Source: Acutalibacteraceae bacterium (GTDB lineage Bacteria > Bacillota > Clostridia > Oscillospirales > Acutalibacteraceae). From it: a stretch of 43,262 nt of DNA. Position numbers and translations under genes: made by a program. The DNA lies in NCBI GenBank assembly GCA_045579885.1, contig JAZNMV010000196.1, positions 1-43,262 on the forward strand, in the 5' to 3' direction. Positions 16,413 through 24,854 of this stretch are shown piece by piece; within the stretch, counting starts at the first letter, position 1; each line of letters starts with the position of its first letter. A model generated the notes under the pieces. The model saw nothing but the letters and a program-made list of their open reading frames with translations, did no database searches and was not told the DNA's origin.

Positions 16413-16415
16413 GGC

Positions 16416-16778
16416 GTGAATTGCAAAGAAGCGCGTGAGCGTTCGGTCGGCTGTAAGGGCTGCGTTTACGCCACGCGCTATGCTTACGAAGCTTATTTCT
16501 GCGAGTATCTTTTGCAGACCGGCAACCGGAGACCGTGCCCGCCGGGAAAAGACTGCACCGTCAAGGTGAACGTTAGAACCAAGGCCGGTCGGCCGCCTAT
16601 CGTAAACCACGCAGCCGTTTTGGAGATGCGGGAGGCGGGAAAACGGGTAAAAGAAATCGCGGCGTTCTTTGGTGTGACAACCGGAAGGATCTACACCATC
16701 ATTGCCGCAGAGACAAGAAAAAGGAGCATGAGAGATGAACAAGGTAGCAATCATCGGGCGCTTTACGCGCGATCCTGA
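16416..16778 (+). CDS. Cys-rich plus HTH hypothetical protein
   Basis: CKGC...FCEYL...CPPGKDC followed by RVKEIAAFFGVTTGRIY. Confidence 0.7.
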   Translation: MNCKEARERSVGCKGCVYATRYAYEAYFCEYLLQTGNRRPCPPGKDCTVKVNVRTKAGRPPIVNHAAVLEMREAGKRVKEIAAFFGVTTGRIYTIIAAETRKRSMRDEQGSNHRALYARS

Positions 16779-17163
16779 GCTGCGTCAGACCACGAACGGT
16801 CATACCGTTGCGACGTTCCGTCTGGCGGTGAACAGACCGATTAAAGACGCCGACGGCAACATCCCGGCCGACTTCCTCGACTTCGTTGCGTGGGATAAGA
16901 CCGGGGAATTTATTTGCCGGAACTTTGCGAAGGGACGCATGATCGCCGTGTGCGGCAGCATCCAGACGCGGCAGTATACCGACAGGAACGGCAACAAACG
17001 CACGGCCGTTGAGATCGTCGTGAAGGATACGTATTTCTGCGGCGATAAACCGACCGACAGCGTTCGACAGGATTCGACAGGATTCGACACGCCGGCGAAC
17101 AACGAAGGAGCGGGCGGCTTTGACGAATACGAGGATGACGATCTTCCGTTTGGCAAGTATTGA
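16735..17163 (+). CDS. ssb: Single-stranded DNA-binding protein
   Basis: MNKVAIIGRFTRDPELR...G.IQTRQY...acidic DDDLPF tail. Confidence 0.95.
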   Translation: MNKVAIIGRFTRDPELRQTTNGHTVATFRLAVNRPIKDADGNIPADFLDFVAWDKTGEFICRNFAKGRMIAVCGSIQTRQYTDRNGNKRTAVEIVVKDTYFCGDKPTDSVRQDSTGFDTPANNEGAGGFDEYEDDDLPFGKY

Positions 17164-17198
17164 TAAGCGAACAGCGAATATAGAAGGCGGTGGGATGT

Positions 17199-18170
17199 AT
17201 GGCAACGACAGAGGTTTTGTGGATAAAGCTCAAAGTCGGTATGTTTGACGGCGAGAGTTTTAAGACGATCAAACGAGCGAAGATCGGCGGAAAAAAAGGC
17301 CGCGACAAGCTGACAGCCGTTTGGGTTGAGCTGATGGACCTGTGCGCCAAGTGCAATCACAACGGTGAACTGATCAACGGCAAAGGCTTGGCGATGACCG
17401 CCGAAGACGTGGCAACCATGATTGATCGGGATACCAAAGAGGTTGGGCAGTGTTTGTCGTTTTTTGTCGCAGAAAACATGATTGAGTTCGAAAACGGCGT
17501 GTATCGCCTGACGAAGTGGAACATGTACCAGAGCGAAGGCGGCTTGGATAAGATCCGCAGACAGCGAAGAGAAGCGCAGGCTCGGTGGAGAGCGAAACAA
17601 CAGGAAGATTCTACAGAAGAATACAAGCAAGACGAGGTTGTAGATTCTTCTGTAGAATCTACAACTGATTATGCCTCTAACTCTAACTCTAATATATATA
17701 TAGATCTATATAAAGATATAGAGAAAGGAGATATTAAGGGGGAGTGTGAGGGGGAGAAGAAGAGGAGCGGGAAGGCCGTACCCGACTACAGCGGGACCAC
17801 GTTTTCAGCGGATATGATCGAGGCGGTGGAGGCGTGGCTGCAGTATAAGCGAGAGCGCCGGGAAAGCTACAAGCCAACCGGTCTGAAATCGCTGATCACG
17901 CAGATTCAGCGCAAGTCAGACACTTACGGCGAGGCGGCAGTAATCGCTTTGATTCGTGAGTGCATGGCCGCGAACTGGCAAGGCATTATCTTTGACCGAC
18001 TGCAGCAAAACCGCGGAGGATATGGTCAGGCGAACGAACCAAAGACCAAAAATCCGTTTTTTGCGGCGGCAATGAAGAGCAACACAGACGGCGGCGCGAC
18101 GACAGAAAGCGCACACGCGGAGCGGGCGAGATTACCGCAGACCGGAGGGAAAACGTATGACGGATTCTGA
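17199..18170 (+). CDS. Phage replication initiator (replisome organizer N-terminal type)
   Basis: WIKLKVGMFD N-terminus, central low-complexity origin region, C-terminal WLQYKRER...ANWQGI domain. Confidence 0.8.
   Translation: MATTEVLWIKLKVGMFDGESFKTIKRAKIGGKKGRDKLTAVWVELMDLCAKCNHNGELINGKGLAMTAEDVATMIDRDTKEVGQCLSFFVAENMIEFENGVYRLTKWNMYQSEGGLDKIRRQRREAQARWRAKQQEDSTEEYKQDEVVDSSVESTTDYASNSNSNIYIDLYKDIEKGDIKGECEGEKKRSGKAVPDYSGTTFSADMIEAVEAWLQYKRERRESYKPTGLKSLITQIQRKSDTYGEAAVIALIRECMAANWQGIIFDRLQQNRGGYGQANEPKTKNPFFAAAMKSNTDGGATTESAHAERARLPQTGGKTYDGF
17606..17760. other. Probable replication origin within the initiator gene
   Basis: Perfect 17-bp inverted repeat (17606-17622 / 17644-17660), nested 12-bp inverted repeat, ctctaa repeats and an AT-rich tract. 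Confidence 0.65.
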
Positions 18171-18678
18171 AATGCTGGTGATCCTGGGCATCATTCGCGG
18201 CAGCTTGCCGGGGCTGTATTTACAGCAGACACCGGAAGACGCGGAGCTCATGGCGAAGCATTGGGCAGATATGTTTGCGGACTATCCGAAGCCCTTGGTT
18301 GAGGCGGCCGTGCATCAATATTGCTTCTCGACAGCCGACCGCAAGAATTTCCCGACACCGAGTGATATCGTCGCGCAGATCGAAACGCTGGTCGATGTTG
18401 TCCATCGGTGCGAGAAGGGATGGCTGGTTGAAGAGTGCGTCGAGAACGCGAACAAACGCTTTCCGCCCAAGGTACGGGATTATATCAACCGCGCCGCCGC
18501 TGCGAGATATCAACGGCTGAACGGGAAACCGTTTCGGTCGCAAGCGCAGCTTATGGCAGAGAAAAGCGAAGAGCAAGCGATTGCGGAGTATTTGTTGCGC
18601 ATCAACGGCGGGAAGCTTTCGCCGGAGGCAATGGATTTTTGGGAGGTAGACGAACATGGATATGCAGTCAAAGTCTGA
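18157..18678 (+). CDS. Helicase loader/inhibitor (SPP1 G39P-like N-terminus)
   Basis: Located after the initiator; W.DMFADYP...AAV...FPTPSDI pattern. Confidence 0.6.
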   Translation: MTDSEMLVILGIIRGSLPGLYLQQTPEDAELMAKHWADMFADYPKPLVEAAVHQYCFSTADRKNFPTPSDIVAQIETLVDVVHRCEKGWLVEECVENANKRFPPKVRDYINRAAAARYQRLNGKPFRSQAQLMAEKSEEQAIAEYLLRINGGKLSPEAMDFWEVDEHGYAVKV

Positions 18679-19102
18679 ACTGCGTTTCACGATTCCCGGC
18701 GATTGCCGGACGAAAAAGAATCACATGACGATCGCTGGCTTGGGTGCCAGATGTCCGATGTGCGGGAAGCCGCACAAGCAGTTTATCAAGCAAGGGTCCG
18801 CGCACGACCAGTACGCAAGCAAGGCCGTTTGGTATCTGCGGCCGAGACCGGTGCGGCCGATCGACTACCCGGTCAACGTGAAGTGCCTGTTTTACATGGG
18901 CACACACGGGAAGGTGGACAAGTCGAATCTGGAAGCGTGTATCCACGATCTGCTGGTTGACGTGGGCGTTCTGGAAGACGACAACCGCGACATCATTGCC
19001 ACGACAGATGGGTCGATGGTGCTTTACGACAAACAGAATCCGCGGGTTGAGATCACGATCACGCGGGTCGAACATTACGAACAGTGGAGGAAAAGAGCAT
19101 GA
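18656..19102 (+). CDS. rusA: RusA-like Holliday junction resolvase
   Basis: TKKN...DKSNL...DLL...LEDDN...DKQNPRVEITI. Confidence 0.8.
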   Translation: MDMQSKSELRFTIPGDCRTKKNHMTIAGLGARCPMCGKPHKQFIKQGSAHDQYASKAVWYLRPRPVRPIDYPVNVKCLFYMGTHGKVDKSNLEACIHDLLVDVGVLEDDNRDIIATTDGSMVLYDKQNPRVEITITRVEHYEQWRKRA

Positions 19103-19548
19103 GAGTGATGCTGGATCCCGGCGCGAAAATGCCGACGAGAGCAAACGATTTGGACGGAGGTCTTGATCTCTACGCGCGCGAAACGCAGCTTGTTCCGGCG
19201 GGCGGTAGCGCGGAATTTGACACCGGCGTACACATTGACCTTGGCGCGGTCAGAGGCAGATATCTGGCGCTGGGCATTAAGATTGTTTTTTCCGGGCTGC
19301 TCGTCAGCAAGAGCGGGCTTAACGTTCGGCATGGTATCACGAGCACCGGTTTGATCGACGCCGGATACACCGGGAGCATCCGTGTGAAGCTCTATAACCA
19401 CGGCACGGAAGACTACACCGTCGAGGCCGGCGACAAAATCAGCCAGCTTGTGCTGATTCCTGTATTTGTGCCGAGTGAGCTGCAGCTTGCCACGGAACTG
19501 CCAGACTACGAACGCGGTGAAAATGGCTTTGGCAGCTCCGGGCGATAA
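19099..19548 (+). CDS. dut: Trimeric dUTPase
   Basis: Motifs GLDL, KSG, GLIDAGYTG, GDKISQL and RGENGFGSSG. Confidence 0.95.
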   Translation: MRVMLDPGAKMPTRANDLDGGLDLYARETQLVPAGGSAEFDTGVHIDLGAVRGRYLALGIKIVFSGLLVSKSGLNVRHGITSTGLIDAGYTGSIRVKLYNHGTEDYTVEAGDKISQLVLIPVFVPSELQLATELPDYERGENGFGSSGR

Positions 19549-19571
19549 CGTTTGAGAGGAGCGGGTGCGAC

Positions 19572-19826
19572 ATGAGAAGAGATTTAACCACGCTGGAAAA
19601 GTCGGATATTCTGAACAGATACCGCGCCGGTGAGACGATTACTTCGATTGCGAAGCTACACGGGATCATGCCGTCGACCGTGAGTCAGATGGCACGGCGA
19701 AACGGATTACCGATGCGGCAACAGCACAAACTGCGAACGACGGTGGACTGTACAGCGTGTGCAACGCGGAATCCGGTGCGGGCAAATTACTGCATGCAGT
19801 GCGGAAAATTATTGCTGGGGGTGTGA
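19572..19826 (+). CDS. HTH plus zinc-ribbon protein
   Basis: TITSIAKLHGIMPSTVS; CTAC...CMQCG. Confidence 0.75.
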   Translation: MRRDLTTLEKSDILNRYRAGETITSIAKLHGIMPSTVSQMARRNGLPMRQQHKLRTTVDCTACATRNPVRANYCMQCGKLLLGV

Positions 19827-20113
19827 ACGTGGGATACAACAACGCTTTCATGGAAAAGCTCAGAGTTACGGTTCAACGCGAGCGGGATCAAGCAGCAACC
19901 GAGGCTGCGGACCTGATGAAGTGGCTTTGTTTGGTGAATACGGACAACGTTTGCAAGTTGAGCAAAAATAAAGCGGTTCAATGGCTCGAAAGACTGACAG
20001 AGCTATACGACGAGTTTACCGCAGAGGCGAGAGACGACCGCGACCTTGCCATAGAGCGCCTACGCCGCCGTGCCAAAAACATCATAGGCGGAAAGGTCGA
20101 GCGGGTGGATTGA
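19823..20113 (+). CDS. Hypothetical protein
   Basis: GTG start overlapping the previous stop; helical sequence. Confidence 0.6.
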   Translation: MNVGYNNAFMEKLRVTVQRERDQAATEAADLMKWLCLVNTDNVCKLSKNKAVQWLERLTELYDEFTAEARDDRDLAIERLRRRAKNIIGGKVERVD

Positions 20114-20114
20114 T

Positions 20115-21137
20115 ATGAAAATCGGGCTGATCGATGTTGACAACGCTGAAAAGAACGCTGCGTTTCCAAATCTCGCGTTGATGAAATTATCGGCATACTG
20201 GAAACAAAACGGACATGATGTGGACTGGTGGAACGGGTTCGATCAATACGATATCGTGTACATGAGCAAGGTGTTTGACGAAACGTATACGCCGGATATC
20301 CCTGAACCGCTCAACGCCGAGAAAATCATCAAAGGTGGTACAGGGTACGGACTTGATAACAAGCTGCCCGACGAGGTAGAGCACACCTATCCGGACTATA
20401 CGCTCTACCCAACGCTGACCAAAGACACGGCATACGGATTTTTAACGCGAGGGTGTCCGCGAGGGTGTCATTTCTGCATCGTGGCAGACAAAGAAGGGCG
20501 GCGATCTGTCAAGGTTGCCGATCTGTCGGAGTTTTGGAGAGGGCAAAAAAACATTGTGCTCATGGATGCCAATATCTTGGCGTACAAGGGGCATATGGAA
20601 TTGCTGGAACAGCTTGCGGACAGTAAGGCAAGGGTAGATTTCAATCAAGGGTTAGACTGCCGACTTATCACAGAAAGAAGCATTGACGCAATCAACCGAA
20701 CAAAAATCAAAGGCATTCATTTTGCTTGGGATTATATGCAAGAAGAGGCTGCTGTTGTTCGAGGTTTGAAATTGTATCGAGAAAGCGCAACGCATAAACC
20801 GCATGGGGCTTATGCAACGGTGTACACGCTTGTCAACTACGACACAACGATGGATGAATATATCGGCCGAGAGGCAGTGATGGATATGCTCCAGAATCAG
20901 CACAGAAAAGCAAACAGCATGGAAGCTATTGTGCTGATTGCTGAGATCAGACGCGCGGCGTTGGTAATCCCAGCCGCCGATGTGGTGGAAGTTGTGCATG
21001 GTGAGTGGGTGACAGACACAGAAAAAGGAGATAAATACTGCTCTGAATGTGGCACAGGGGCTCGTTGGGATAATATTGGATGCGAGTTTTTACTCACAAC
21101 ATATTGCCATCACTGTGGCGCGAGAATGGGATGGTGA
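20115..21137 (+). CDS. Radical SAM-like protein fused to a phage Zn-ribbon protein (apparent chimera)
   Basis: CPRGCHFC (CxxxCxxC); from ~20850 the sequence switches to MDEYIGRE...PAADVVEVVHGEW...CSECG...YCHHCGARM. Confidence 0.8.
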   Translation: MKIGLIDVDNAEKNAAFPNLALMKLSAYWKQNGHDVDWWNGFDQYDIVYMSKVFDETYTPDIPEPLNAEKIIKGGTGYGLDNKLPDEVEHTYPDYTLYPTLTKDTAYGFLTRGCPRGCHFCIVADKEGRRSVKVADLSEFWRGQKNIVLMDANILAYKGHMELLEQLADSKARVDFNQGLDCRLITERSIDAINRTKIKGIHFAWDYMQEEAAVVRGLKLYRESATHKPHGAYATVYTLVNYDTTMDEYIGREAVMDMLQNQHRKANSMEAIVLIAEIRRAALVIPAADVVEVVHGEWVTDTEKGDKYCSECGTGARWDNIGCEFLLTTYCHHCGARMGW

Positions 21138-21143
21138 GCAAGC

Positions 21144-21404
21144 ATGAGCTATATTATCGCACAAAAAGAAGTAGTTACGCGCAAAGAACAAAAGTGTTTT
21201 GGGTGTGCGAGAAAATTCCCAAGAAATACAAAAATGCTTCGTGAAACCGTAAAAGACGACATTATTTTTACCGCTTATCTTTGCCCAACATGTCAAAAAG
21301 TTGTCTGTGAAAGAATCGATGACGAGTTTTGCGAGGGCGACCTTTACGAATTAGCCATTGAAACAGAGCAGAGCAAGAAGGACGGTGAGCAAGGGCGAAA
21401 ATGA
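21144..21404 (+). CDS. Hypothetical CxxC protein
   Basis: RKEQKCFGC...YLCPTC. Confidence 0.7.
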   Translation: MSYIIAQKEVVTRKEQKCFGCARKFPRNTKMLRETVKDDIIFTAYLCPTCQKVVCERIDDEFCEGDLYELAIETEQSKKDGEQGRK

Positions 21405-21589
21405 AAAAAATCCGCAAGCCAAAGATTTTGCCGGCGGAATGCTGGGCTTGTCACGGTAAGTATCAACCGAAATGGAGAAACTTGGTAAAGTTTGGAGGTA
21501 TTAAATGCAAGAGCGTTTGTCCGTGGTGCAAAGCAGACAACGATGTACAGTTTGAAAAGCCGGAGGTGGTAGACGATGGCAGAGCTTGA
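21401..21589 (+). CDS. Small zinc-finger hypothetical protein
   Basis: CWAC...CPWC; overlaps both neighbours. Confidence 0.6.
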   Translation: MKKIRKPKILPAECWACHGKYQPKWRNLVKFGGIKCKSVCPWCKADNDVQFEKPEVVDDGRA

Positions 21590-21830
21590 ACCGTGTCCGT
21601 TTTGTGGGGGCACCGAAATATACGCAGAGGTATCATATAAAACAAAAGAATTTAGGATATATTGTGCAAACGGAGACACTTCTTGCGTCGCTAAAATGAG
21701 CTTGTCTTTTGAAGACGCAGGGCTTGGTAATGGCGAAATTATAGACTTTCAAGAAATGACAAAAATTATCAAAGAGTTAGTCGATATGTGGAACAGGAGG
21801 GCTGGCGATGAAAATTCCCAAAAGCATTAG
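21576..21830 (+). CDS. Lar-like (restriction alleviation family) zinc-finger protein
   Basis: ELEPCPFCGG...WNRR signature; GGAGG RBS. Confidence 0.75.
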   Translation: MAELEPCPFCGGTEIYAEVSYKTKEFRIYCANGDTSCVAKMSLSFEDAGLGNGEIIDFQEMTKIIKELVDMWNRRAGDENSQKH

Positions 21831-22128
21831 AATCGGCGGTGCTGAATACGCGGTAAACATGGTGGATTGGCTTGCCAATGGTTCGCAGGTTGCATACGGA
21901 CACATTGATTTCGACAAGTGCCTGATAGAAATTTCTAAAACGGCGGCAATCAATCATGAAAAACGCTGCATGGTTATGTGGCACGAGATTCTGCACGGAA
22001 TTGTCGAACACACAGGGCTTGAGATCGAGAACGAGGAGCGGGTGGTTGACATTCTTTCGCGTGGTATCTACCAAGTGCTGCAAGACAACGGAAAACGGCT
22101 GTTTGATATTCAAGAAAGTGAGGGCTGA
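21808..22128 (+). CDS. HExxH metallopeptidase-like protein (ImmA/IrrE-like fold)
   Basis: WHEILHGI...EE.VV motif. Confidence 0.65.
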   Translation: MKIPKSIRIGGAEYAVNMVDWLANGSQVAYGHIDFDKCLIEISKTAAINHEKRCMVMWHEILHGIVEHTGLEIENEERVVDILSRGIYQVLQDNGKRLFDIQESEG

Positions 22129-22130
22129 CA

Positions 22131-22274
22131 ATGCACGATAACGATGCGATTGAAATGGCGTATAAAAACGGATTTGATGCCGGATGGAGAGAAGCTTTGC
22201 GAATGGTGAAGGAAGAGTTGGATAAAGCTTTTGACCCAGGAGCGGGTTCGAAAACTGGAGAAAAAGACCAGTAG
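22131..22274 (+). CDS. Small hypothetical protein, 47 aa
   Basis: Translated by hand: MHDNDAIEMAYKNGFDAGWREAL... Confidence 0.55.
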   Translation: MHDNDAIEMAYKNGFDAGWREALRMVKEELDKAFDPGAGSKTGEKDQ

Positions 22275-22309
22275 GCATTTACTGACACAAAAAAGACAAC
22301 GAAAGGGGA

Positions 22310-22588
22310 ATGCAAATGTACAAATTTAAACGCGGAGTTCAGGTTGAGTATAATAAGCAGGGATACATATACTTTGTTTCCCGAATGTATAAGACGCTGC
22401 CTTCCGAAATGCGGGACATGATCGACGATCTTTGCCGGCGATGCGGCGGCGAGCACAGCAAAGCATTGTTTGAATTCGTGACGACGGATTGCACAGCGAC
22501 TTGTGTGTGCATGAGAAATTACGTCAGCAAATCGACATTGTACAGGATCGTAAAAAAATACTACGAAGCGTTCCCTCTTTTGCTGTAG
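22310..22588 (+). CDS. Probable late transcription activator (C-terminal HTH)
   Basis: Last early gene before the terminase genes; YVSKSTLYRIVKKYY. Confidence 0.55.
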   Translation: MQMYKFKRGVQVEYNKQGYIYFVSRMYKTLPSEMRDMIDDLCRRCGGEHSKALFEFVTTDCTATCVCMRNYVSKSTLYRIVKKYYEAFPLLL

Positions 22589-22595
22589 GGACCAA

Positions 22596-22630
22596 AAGAG
22601 CCGTCGGGCAGTTTGCTCGGCGGCTTTTTT
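22596..22630 (+). terminator. Rho-independent terminator of the early operon
   Basis: agccgtcgggca-gtt-tgctcggcggct followed by a T run. Confidence 0.8.
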
Positions 22631-22767
22631 CTATGCACAAAACGGAGGAGCGGGTAAAAGTTGGGACTTCGAGACGTTACTTTTTCGCTAAAATAGAAAA
22701 CAGAAGAAAACCGCCGAGAAAAATATGCAGAGTTTTTCGTATCGACCATGAAAAGGAGGGCGAAATT

Positions 22768-23298
22768 ATGGCCATAATGGGCAGACCACGCAAATACGAT
22801 AGCGAACGCGCGCTGCGCAAAGCAGTGGAGAATTACTTTAATTCGATCAGTCGAACCGTACAGCCGGCAGACTCTATGGGCGTGCCTATGGTCAACGACG
22901 CAGGAGAACCGATCATGGTCAGGCAGTTTGTCAAATCTCCCTCGCTGGCCTCGATGTGCGTGTTTTTGGGCATCGACAAGCAGACCTGGCAAAACTACAG
23001 CGACAAGGAGATGCACCCGGAATTTACCGAGGTGACGGCACAGGCAAAGCAGATCATTGAGGCGTACCTCTCGGAAGAGATTCTCCGGGCAGATCGGCGC
23101 GATGTTAAGGGCATCATGTTCACGCTGACCAACAACTACGGTTGGAAGAACAAGAGCGAGGTCGAGGTTGGCGAAGAGACGCGCAAGGTGGCTGAGCGCA
23201 CCGCGCCGCAGATGGGTCTTTCAGAAAAGATCGCGGCGATTATGGCGGCACAGGCAGCAGCGAAGGAGCACGGCGGAGCGACCGGTGATGGCGATTGA
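22768..23298 (+). CDS. terS: Terminase small subunit
   Basis: MGRPRKY...YF...GIMFTLTNNYGW; AGGAGG RBS; upstream of terL. Confidence 0.85.
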   Translation: MAIMGRPRKYDSERALRKAVENYFNSISRTVQPADSMGVPMVNDAGEPIMVRQFVKSPSLASMCVFLGIDKQTWQNYSDKEMHPEFTEVTAQAKQIIEAYLSEEILRADRRDVKGIMFTLTNNYGWKNKSEVEVGEETRKVAERTAPQMGLSEKIAAIMAAQAAAKEHGGATGDGD

Positions 23299-24842
23299 CG
23301 CAGCCGAGCATTGACAGCCTATACGAGATCGCGGTTTGGTATAACCAACTGCGAGAAACAAATAACGAAACGTTCATGCCGCTGTTTGCGGACGAGCACA
23401 GATACCTTGTTTTGAAGGGCGGCGGCGGTAGCGGAAAAAGCATTTTTGCCGGCAGAAAGGTTTTGGAGCGAACCACCAGCGAGGCTGGGCACAGATGGTT
23501 GGTAACCAGAAAGACGGCAAAGTCTTTGCGAGAGAGTTGTTTTGAACAACTTAAAGGACAAGCCTACGATTACTACGCCGACAAGATCGCGTACATACCG
23601 AAGGGCAAAGGCAGCGATATGTACATGCGCTTTACCAACGGCAGTGAGATCTTGTTTGCCGGTTTGGACGACGTTGAGAAACTGAAATCCATCTACGATA
23701 TCACCGGCATTTGGATTGAAGAAGCGAGCGAAATCTTGGAATCAGACTTCAACCAGCTTGACATCCGCCTGCGTACCGCGTTCCCCTACTACTTGCAGAT
23801 GATCCTGTCGTTTAACCCGATCTCGATTACGCACTGGTTGAAAAAAAGATTCTTTGATTTTGACATCGCAGATCCGCAGGAACGCAAAGATGCGATCGCG
23901 CGAACCCGGACGCATGAGAGCACTTATAAAGATAACCGTTTCCTGACCGCGGAAGCAATCAAGACGCTGGAAGCCTTCAAGTGGACAGACGAGTATTACT
24001 ACATGGTTTACTGCCTCGGTATGTGGGGCGTGACCGGTAAGAGCGTATTCGACGCAAAAGCAGTTACCGCGCGGCTGCAAGAAAACATTCAGCCGAAGAA
24101 GACCGGATATTTTGAGTACGACTACGACGGTTTGCAGATTACCAACATTTGCTGGGTCGACGATGCCGACGGATTTGTCCGCCTTTACACCGAGCCGGAA
24201 AGCGGTGTGCCGTATGTCATCGGCGGGGATACCGCGGGCAGCGGAAGCGACAGCTTCGTGGCGCAAGTCATCGACAACCGCACCGGCAATCAAGTTTGCA
24301 CACTGCGCCATCAGTTCGACGAAGACGTGTACGCGAGGCAAGTATACTGCCTTGGCATGTTTTACAACACGGCGCTTGTGAGCATCGAAACCAACTTCTC
24401 GACCTACCCTGTCATGGAGTTGGAACGCTTGAAGTATCCCAAACAATACGTCCGCGAAAGCGTAGACGACTATACGCACAACATCAAGCATAGCTTTGGT
24501 TTCCGCACCGACGGAAAGACGCGACCGGTCATCATTTCCGAACTGATCAAGACCGTGCGCGAAGACATTACCATTGTCAGCGACAAGACCACGCTGCAGG
24601 AAATGCTGACGTTCATCCGCAACGAAGACTGGAAGCCGGAAGCAGAACTTGGCGCGCACGACGACTGCGTTATGGCGCTTGCGATTGCGCACTACGCTCG
24701 GCCGCAGCAGAGCTACATTGCGGAGGCGCGAGACATGTACGGAACGGGACGATGGACAGAATCCATGTGGGAAGATTACAACCGCGCAAGCCCGCGCGAA
24801 AAAGAATATCTGCGCAAGCGTTGGGGAACGCCGCAGAGGTAA
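23295..24842 (+). CDS. terL: Terminase large subunit (PBSX/SPP1-like)
   Basis: Walker A GGGGSGKS, Walker B IWIEEA, SFNP motif; nuclease GGDTA...HDDCVMALAIA. Confidence 0.95.
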   Translation: MTQPSIDSLYEIAVWYNQLRETNNETFMPLFADEHRYLVLKGGGGSGKSIFAGRKVLERTTSEAGHRWLVTRKTAKSLRESCFEQLKGQAYDYYADKIAYIPKGKGSDMYMRFTNGSEILFAGLDDVEKLKSIYDITGIWIEEASEILESDFNQLDIRLRTAFPYYLQMILSFNPISITHWLKKRFFDFDIADPQERKDAIARTRTHESTYKDNRFLTAEAIKTLEAFKWTDEYYYMVYCLGMWGVTGKSVFDAKAVTARLQENIQPKKTGYFEYDYDGLQITNICWVDDADGFVRLYTEPESGVPYVIGGDTAGSGSDSFVAQVIDNRTGNQVCTLRHQFDEDVYARQVYCLGMFYNTALVSIETNFSTYPVMELERLKYPKQYVRESVDDYTHNIKHSFGFRTDGKTRPVIISELIKTVREDITIVSDKTTLQEMLTFIRNEDWKPEAELGAHDDCVMALAIAHYARPQQSYIAEARDMYGTGRWTESMWEDYNRASPREKEYLRKRWGTPQR

Positions 24843-24854
24843 CGGAGGGAAAGC

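Noticed and set aside
22489-22767. N-terminal extension of TerS as called in the ORF track
   Set aside because: It crosses a terminator. The AGGAGG RBS supports a start at 22768.
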